Origin: Pristiophorus japonicus
Lineage: Eukaryota
Length of the DNA: 64,000 nt
NCBI RefSeq assembly: GCF_044704955.1
Contig: NC_091980.1
Coordinates: 132,928,001-132,992,000 of the forward strand
Direction of reading: 5' to 3'
Made by a program: the position numbers and the translations under genes. Shown piece after piece: positions 56,101 through 64,000 of the stretch. The stretch's first letter is position 1; every line of letters starts with the position of its first letter. The notes beneath the pieces were generated by a model that searched no databases, had not been told where the DNA came from, and saw only the letters and a list, made by a program, of their open reading frames with translations.

Positions 56101-59100
56101 TCTGGATGCGGCCCGATGCATTCGTATTTATCCCCTTGCTTTCAGAAAAGAAGGATATAAGCAGCTTATGGTCAGTTTCTGATTCAAATTTGAGCCCGAA
56201 CAGATATTGATGCATTTTCTTTACCCCGTAAACACACGCTAACACCTTTTTCAATCATGCTGTAAGCTCTCTCAGCCTTAGACAGGCTTCTGGATGCACA
56301 AGCAACCGGTTCCAATTTTGCAAATTCATTAGCTTGTTGCAATACACACCCGACCCCGTACGACGACGCATCACATGCTAGTACCAAACACCTACATGGA
56401 TTGTACAACACAAGCAATTTGTTTGAACATAACAACTTCCTTGCTTTCTCAAAGGCATTTTCTTGGCTTTTACCCATTCGCATACCCATTCATCTCCTTT
56501 ACGCAGTAACGACTGCAGGGGTTCATCAATGTGCTATGACCCGGTAAGAAGTTATCAAAATAGTTCAGGAGTCCTAGAAATGACCGCAGCTCCATCACGT
56601 TCTGTGGTCTCGGTGCATTCTTGATTGCCGCCGTCTTCGAATCGGTTGGGCCTGAATTCATCCTTCGCGATTCTTCTCTCCAGGAACTCCAGTTCAGGCA
56701 CCAGGAAAACGCACTTCAAGCATTTTAGCCTGAGCCCCATGTGATTAAGCCAACTAAGAACCTCCTCCAGGTTCTGCAGGTGCTCGACGGTGTTCCGACC
56801 TGTAAACAAGATGTTGTCCTGGAAGACCACGGTGCACGGGATCGACTTCAGCAAGCTTTCCATGTTCCTCTGGAATATCGCCGCGGCCGATCGAATCCCA
56901 AACGGGCATCTGTTGTAAATGAAGAGACCTTTGTGCGTGTTGATGCAGGTGAGGCCCTTCGATGATTCCTCCAGCTCCTGCATCATGTAGGCCGAGGTCA
57001 AGTCCAGCTTCATGAACGTTTTCCCTCCGGCCAGCATCACAAATAGGTCATCTACCTTTGGTAGCAGGTATTGATCCTGCAGGGAGAAACGATTGATAGT
57101 TACTATGTAATCGCTACAGATTCTGACGGTGCCATCTCCTTTGAGGACAGGAACAATTGGATTGGCCCACTCATTGAATTCGATCGGTGAAATGATGCCC
57201 TCTCATTGCAGCCTGTCCAGCTCGATCTCCACCCTTTCATCATGTACGGTACTGCTCTCACCTTGTGATGGATGGGTCGCGCTCTCAGAATCAAATGGAT
57301 CTGCACTTTTGCTCCTTGGAACTTCACGATGCCTGGTTCTAACAGTGAGGGGAATTTGTTTAGGACCAGGGCACATGAGGTGTCGTCAACGGACGAAAGC
57401 GCTGGGACGTCGTCCCAGTTCCAGCGTATCTTTCCCAGCCAGCTCCTGCCGAACAGCGTGGGGCCATCGCCCGGTACCACCCAGAGTAGTAACACGTGCA
57501 CCGCTCCATTGTAGGAGACCTTTACGGTAGCACTGCCGATTATGGGAATCAGTTCCTTTGTGTACGTTCTCAGTTTAGTACGAATGGGAGTCAGGACTGG
57601 CCTTGAGGCCTTGCTGCACCACAATTTATCGAAAATATTTTTGCTCATTATGGACTGGCTTGCGCCAGAGTCCAGCTCCATGGACACCGGGAGTCCATTT
57701 AATTCAACCTTCAGCATAACAGGGGGACACTTTGTGGTAAATGTGTCCTACGATATACCACTGCCCCCGAGGTCTGAGGCTCTGGTTCATCGTGATCCAC
57801 CGTGGATCTGTCCTCCTCTGCAACATGGTGGTTTGCAGGATTAGCAGGGTTTGCAGCTCACCTGCACATGTGTTGGAGTTGTCCCATTGTTCCACAGCCC
57901 TTGCAAATGTATCCTTTGAAGCGGCATGAACGGAAATGATGATCACCCCCGCAGTGCCAACAAGGTATTAATGGCCTTGTATTCTCCACCCTTGATGGTG
58001 GGCTCTGAGTCATCTGCGGATGTGCAGCTGCAGGCGTGTAAGTCCTGCCCTGTACATTTCGATTTGAAAACAACATTACTTTGTTCACAGTACTTGTAGC
58101 AGCACTAGTGTGTTGAGAAAATTGTTTGGTATTGTCACTGATGGCGATAAACGCCCGCCTGGGCTATCGCTATGGTTTTACTCAAAGTTGGAGTCTCTAC
58201 AGTCAAAAGTTTGCGAAGTATTACTTCATGGCCAATGCCAAGTACAAAGAAGTCCCAGAGCATGTGCTCCAAGTGTCCTTCAAATTCGCAATGTCCTGCA
58301 AGGCGCCTTAGCGCGGCGACGTAGCTCGCCACTTCCTGGCCTTCAGACCTCATGTAGAACCGATATCTCGCCATCAGAATGCTTTCCTTCGGGTTTAGAT
58401 GCTCCTGTGGGTTTCGCTGGAGCAAGCAGATTTTTCATGAGGCCATATGTTGGTGCCCCGTAAACGATGAGGAGCATCGCCCTTCGTTTGGCAGCGTTCG
58501 GTTCTCCTTCCAGCTCGTTGGCCACGAAATATTGGTCGAGTTGCTCCACGAAGGTTTCGCAATCATCTCCCTCTGAAAATGTATCCAGGATGCCCAAGGT
58601 ACTCTGCATTGTCGCAGTGGGGTTCATCATTTGTATCTCGTCGTCAGTTGTTATGTCTTCAATAAAGAGTCAGACTAGATGCTGCAAGCTCAAAATAAGG
58701 TTTGACCGTAGTCCTTTATTACAGATCTCAGAGTGCCTCTCCAGTCTGTGAGGCCTCCTCATGTACAGGTGCTCGCAAGGGATTGTGCATTTCCTTGAGA
58801 CTCCAGGGGATAAGTCCTCTGGTGGTTAGACATGGTATTTACAGGTTTACATACATAACACAACACCTATGTGCACTCAGCAGGTGACTGCTGCACTATA
58901 TGCCCAGAGGAAAGACGACATAAAGCCCCATGATCACTCAGGTAATGCGTGATGGGGCTGTGGGCTTCTCCAGAATTGCTGGCTTCCCAAAGGTACAGAG
59001 CTGCATCGATTGTACCCACATCGCCTTGCAAGCACCTTTGAAGGATTCTGAAAAGAACAGGAACAGAAAAGGCTTCCATTCCGTGAATGTGCCTCGTGTG

Positions 59101-62100
59101 TGACGACATGCATCGCATCATTGCAGTTGATGCGAGATACCCTGGGAGCACCTACAATGTATTCATCCTACGCGAGAGTGCTATATCTGCCATGTTTCAA
59201 CAGCAGCCAGAAGGGCAGATCTGACTGCTGGGAGATAAAGCGTAAGGCCTCGCCACCTGGCTCATGACGCCCCTACGTGTAATACGGACGGAACCTGATG
59301 GGTAATACAACATGTAGGACATTGCCACACACAGCATAATAGAGAGGGCCATTGGCATATTGAAGCAGTGTTTCCGATGCATGGACCATCCCGGAGGCTA
59401 CTTGCGATACTCCCCTGAGATTGTGAGTCAGTTCACTGTTGTGTGCTGCATGCTGTATAACTTAGCCATCATGAGGCAGCAGCAGCTAGTAGTAGAAGAC
59501 CCACCTGAGGTGAGAGTGGCTGATGATGAGGAAGAAGATGCAGATGATGAGGAGGAGGAGGAGGACGAGGATGAGGAAGCCATGCAACTACTTGAAACTG
59601 GAGCATGATGACGGAGGTAGGCGGGCCATTGTACCACTTTAATGATTGCTCGAGCCTTGTACCAGCAGCTCGTCTGTGAACACTTTCCTGCCTCAAGGCT
59701 CAGTGGCAACGATTCCACATGGACCATGTTTAGTGTTTGGATCTGTTCCGTAATGTTGCGTTGTGTTAATTGAAAAATAATGCAAATGATTCTTCTTTAT
59801 TTCAAAAAGTTGTGTTTGTAATGGAACAAATAATGGAAATGATTCTTCTATACTTCAAAAAGTTGTGTTAATAATGGAAATGATTCAGTTATAATTTAAA
59901 AATATATATTATTCAAAAGTTTCAAACTTGTTTCCAATTAACTTTAATAAAAATATTCTTGTATCAAACTTTAAAGTTTTCAGTTAAGATCACTTACAAA
60001 CTTTTAAACATGTAAATTTACATAACTTACAAAAAACGTTTAATTTGAGAACAGTTACAAAAGTAACAACAATAATAACAATAACAACAGCAGCAAAGAA
60101 AGGCTGCACCTCGCCTCCACCTTATTCTAAGACCACCCGCTGTGCTTCGTCTTGGTGACTCCACCCCTGCCCAAAGGTGGTGGTGCAGCATTTCTCGGGT
60201 TGGTATCAAGCTTATTTTTTTTGAGCATCTCAGGTAATGTGCACTTCTTGATGGGGGGTGTGGGCAGGCAATAATGTGGAAGGCCCGGCTTGGGCCTCTT
60301 CAGAGCCTGGTCTGGGGATTGGAGTGAGAGTGGCAGTGGTTAATGGCTGTGGGGTCTGGTCGTGTTCCGTTATTGCAGCAGCCAACTCCGTCATTCTCGC
60401 TCTTATGTGCCCTGATAGTGTCTCAACTATTTGCGACATTCCCTCCCTCATGTGCCGAATAGTGTTCCCAATTCTCGTGAGAGTATTGTTACTTCTCCCG
60501 ACAGTCCCGATACCTCTTCACCCACCCCACTGACGGTGTCCAGGAGTGATCGCGTAAGGTCAATGCTCTCCGCACTCATTGCCATCATCTGAACCACATC
60601 TGTTAGATCCTGCACCTCAGGAGAGAGCTGTCGAGCTCTCCTTCCCCTCCTCACCCTGGGTGTGGCTCGCTGCACCCCACTGGATCCCGCAGCTTCGGAC
60701 ACTGGGGCCCTGGGTGTGCCTTGCTGCACACCACTGGAATCCCCAGCCTCGGACTGTGAGAAACCATGGAATGTTCCAACACTCGTTCCACTCAGGAAAG
60801 GGCCTGGCACCACAATCGGCAGCACCTGCACCTCCGCCAGAGTGAGTACAAGAGCGGGGGCTTCATCCATCCCCTTCCCCTACCCCCTTCCCTTCCCCCT
60901 CACACCCATGCTCTTGGTCTGGAAGGTGGCACTGGAAGATGTTCTCCTCTTCAGGCTCGTCCGTGTCTGAATCTTCTTCTGCATCGGCTTCAGCCTCATC
61001 AGGGTTGGCCACAAGTTCTACAAAATATAACAGAATAGACAAATGATTAGCAGCAGAGGAAGGGGCAGGGTGACATGAGTAGGCTCACACAGTGCAGGCA
61101 GCAGGCTCATTTGAAGGACCACGATGAATGATAGCACATTGCATCAACCGAAGCCTGACTGACGGAGATATCCCCATGAATCGAAGCATGGCTAGCCCGC
61201 ACAGCACTTAACATTTAGCAAAGCCAGACTGTGGAATTTGCAGGGATTACCCTCTCCATCAAGTGTGGGCCCAGCTTGTTCAGTGGTGGTTGCTTTTCTC
61301 CAGGCAGGACCCATCAAAGTAGCGACCCTCTCTTCCAAGGATGTCAGTGGGTGCAGATTTGCCGGGTCTCCTCCTGTTCGAGTTCTTTCCCTTTTGTTGT
61401 GTGCCACCTTCCTCTGCAGTGATGAAAATATAACTTTTTAGAGAGGGAATCTTTCTGCTGGGTGGGACACATACTGATGCTCACATTTACAATTGCAATT
61501 CCAGTGAATAAATGAAAATATTACTTACACTAACTACTTGACCAAGGTCCTGCTACTTCTTATTGCACTGGCCTCCAGAACTCGGGGTGGTCACCATTGC
61601 ACAGTAATCTTCTGCAAGTTGGTTCCAGCGTTTCTTCATTTCTTTTGGTGAAACTTTTATGTGACCTCTACTGGCGTCCAGCTCTTGCCATCTGGCCTCA
61701 ATTACAGTAACTGGTGCCTCCACTTCATCCTGTGAGAAATTCTTGGTCTTTGAGCTGCCTTGCATATTCTATTGCAGAATTCTTTCCACTAAGAATTAAA
61801 GTTCTCACACACAACTGGCTCTTTAAAAATGGCTGAATGCAGACCGGGAGCTGCACTGGGCATACGCGTCTATAGCAGTCACGTAAAAAACATAATTTTT
61901 TCCCCTTGCATGCGCAGGGGGGAGCATCATTTCTTTTCGGTGCAGACATTAAGCTCCACCCCCCTAAAGCTAAAGGACAGGCTGCGTGGCGCCAATTTCA
62001 AGAAATAGAACAGGGAAACTTGTAAGTTATTTTTTTTGTCTATTCAGGGCCAAAAACAACTGTCGTAACTCTTGCAATACGCCAAAAAACGGCACTGGGG

Positions 62101-62112
62101 AAAATTGAGCCC
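53194..62112. mobile_element. PIF/Harbinger-superfamily transposon (duplicate copy): transposase on +, Myb/SANT ORF on -
   Basis: TIRs GGGCTCAATTTTC...GAAAATTGAGCCC with ATT/AAT flanks. HARBI1-like pieces at about 53990-54352 and 58861-59610; Myb-like ORF at about 61765-60230. Confidence 0.9.
54353..58860 (-). mobile_element. Ty3/Gypsy LTR retrotransposon (duplicate of 6448-10877)
   Basis: LTRs 54353-54564 and 58649-58860, TSD CAACA, 215-aa integrase core ORF (55625-54978), protease LDSGA. Confidence 0.95.
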
Positions 62113-63128
62113 AATAACATGCAATGGCTGAAGATGGCAATTTAATTGCACCCAATACAGTTCTCAGCTAAATTCCAGAAACTAACTTGTAAACACTGGA
62201 TTTTTACAGCTGCAACATTAACATTTGAATCCATTCTCGGGGTGAAGGAGAGAAATAGAGATCTAGTCGGGTTTGGACAGGATGATTGTTATTTTATATC
62301 AAATACAAATTGCTACATATTTTTCTGCTAGAATTACGTCGATTTTGCGACCGGGTTTTTGGTGCTATTTCACCCATTTTGAAAAAACCCGCTCGCCGGG
62401 AAATTCGGTGACATTTTGTTGCGGCGCTTTCCACGTACCGCTGGTGTGGAAAGTATTTTTATCTAAGCTGATACCATACGGTATTTGTGTGCCTTTTGAT
62501 TAAAATGGAGTCCTGGCCCTTCCAGAACTTTCTGCATTTTAGCAGTCAGCTTGCATAAACAGCTAAACCTGCTGTTAGATGGCTGATGGCCATCAGACAG
62601 CTAGGAGACAAGTCATGCTGAGACAAGTAACCCCCCATGGTGCTCTCCTATTGTCTACACTACAGGAGTTCCATGTCACCCCACCCTTATCTTCTAGCCA
62701 TTATCTCTTTCCGAGACCTCATCCATTTGATGCAAACAGATAAACTGACCAGGAAATTGGAACAATCCTGACACAATACAAGACAGGTGATAGCCCATTA
62801 CCTATGACTCATGGAGTAATGGCCGTTTGGCTTCCTGATTACCCTGACAAAAGGAAATATCTGGATACCATGTCAGGACCAGGATATAGTAATTAACTCT
62901 TTATCTGTATTCACTGACTGTGAGACAGAGCAATACACAGGGAGAGGCCAGAACTTTGGTTTTACTGTATAAATATCTTGTTAAACTGAACCATTTCGGA
63001 GGTGTTCACTTAGCCCTTGACTGAGTGTGACCTACCCCTTGCGAGCAAGTAAATTAAAGAATCTTCTACCGGAGCTGTAAGTGTCGGAGTCATTCTTTTC
63101 AGAGGTCGAGATTTCGACAGTTATAACT

Positions 63129-63146
63129 TGGAGGTTCCACCGAGAT
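63129..63146 (+). promoter_or_regulatory. Primer-binding site complementary to tRNA-Gln
   Basis: TGGAGGTTCCACCGAGAT is the exact reverse complement of the vertebrate tRNA-Gln 3' end (ATCTCGGTGGAACCTCCA). Confidence 0.9.
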
Positions 63147-63433
63147 GCATACTCTCTGTCCTGTGAGTAAAACGGATACGGGCATAGTGCCTCTCCAGTG
63201 AAAGGCTTCAGTGGCCAAACAAGGTGAGCCTTTTGCTCACAAGAGGTTTCTTCACTGTTGAATCGCATATGTAATCTGTTGTCCACAGCGGAGGTGCTGC
63301 ATCTACAAGACTCGGCATTTAAAAGTTAAAGGTATTTTTTTTATAACCATTTCTTTCTCAGCTCGCCAGCAGAAGAGAACAGGTTCTGGAAAAAATCTCG
63401 AGACAGCCCGGGGAAGGTTTCAGTAGGTAAGGG

Positions 63434-63652
63434 AGCGCTAGTCGATCGAAAAGGGTTCCAGGTTCTTATGTGATAAGATTTTTATTGTTTTTAATTCGGA
63501 AGGGGTTCTTATGTGATAAGACTATTAAAAAAAAAGAAAAAAGAAAGCGCTAATCGATCGAAGGTTCTTATGTGATAAGATTTTTATTGTTTTTAATTCG
63601 GAAGGGGTTCTTATGTGATAAGACTATAAAAAAAAAGAAAGCGCAATCGATC
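63434..63652 (+). repeat. Tandem repeat of about 100 bp in the ERV-like leader (four copies of ggttcttatgtgataaga)
   Basis: Two units of gcgcta.tcgatcgaa...ggttcttatgtgataagatttttattgtttttaattcggaaggggttcttatgtgataagactat followed by poly-A. Confidence 0.85.
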
Positions 63653-64000
63653 AAAGAGTTTGGGTACGGAACCTTAAGTTTTATCAGTTTTTATTAGGAT
63701 AAGTTAAGGACTCGGTCTGTAGTGGCGTACAACGCAGACTGAGAATTTGTTTAGAGGTTATGATTTGTGTACTCGCGGGAATATTGTTTGTTGTCCTTGT
63801 ATTACTGTTGTGTGCAACACCTTTGGGAGTCATTGCCATTAGAGAAACGGGAAGAGTCACTAGGGAAAATTGTGATTCGGGGAAAAAAAAACCCACAAGG
63901 ATTGATTAAGAAAAGAAACAGTAACTGATTGATCAACTACGATTGGTTCGTGCCAACATATCTCACACACCCAGACTGAGCCCGAATTAAGAGCCTTTTC

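Larger units (their letters stand above)
62445..64000 (+). mobile_element. 5' end of a probable endogenous retrovirus: LTR (about 62445-63119), PBS and leader; continues beyond the window
   Basis: Begins TGTGGAAA exactly where homology to 15370 stops. TATAAA at 62968, ATTAAA at 63053, imperfect inverted end TTTCGACA at 63119, then an 18-nt PBS. No coding region is visible yet. Confidence 0.78.

Noticed and set aside
63434-63652. CRISPR-like repeat-spacer pattern
   Set aside because: The spacers are themselves duplicated, the context is eukaryotic and there are no cas genes. It is a tandem duplication.

Overview
Eukaryotic, repeat-dense vertebrate DNA, most likely from a cartilaginous fish (inferred from a SacSINE1/DeuSINE-type SINE, abundant CR1 LINEs and shark-type Gypsy and Harbinger families). 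The only host genes I can support are a tandem array of four minus-strand, 4-exon ferritin heavy-type genes. One is complete and intact (46911-48731, 179 aa, all ferroxidase ligands present). One is intact in the two exons visible but runs off the window start (136-901). Two are pseudogenes (17160-18907 and 28826-30630). Positions 1-15370 are duplicated at about 47823-62444, and both copies carry a two-ORF Harbinger-type DNA transposon with a nested Gypsy element. The window ends in the putative 5' LTR, perfect tRNA-Gln primer-binding site and leader of a probable endogenous retrovirus. The most notable observations are: (1) all four ferritin 5'UTRs carry a degenerate iron-responsive element (CAAAG instead of CAGUG), suggesting an amplified ferritin family outside IRP control; (2) the Gln-primed ERV-like insertion; (3) Harbinger-like elements with AWT rather than TWA target duplications; (4) a MITE with an internal 53-bp hairpin; (5) pre-insertion 'empty' paralogous sites inside the window. 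All alignments and counts were done by eye, with no database searches.
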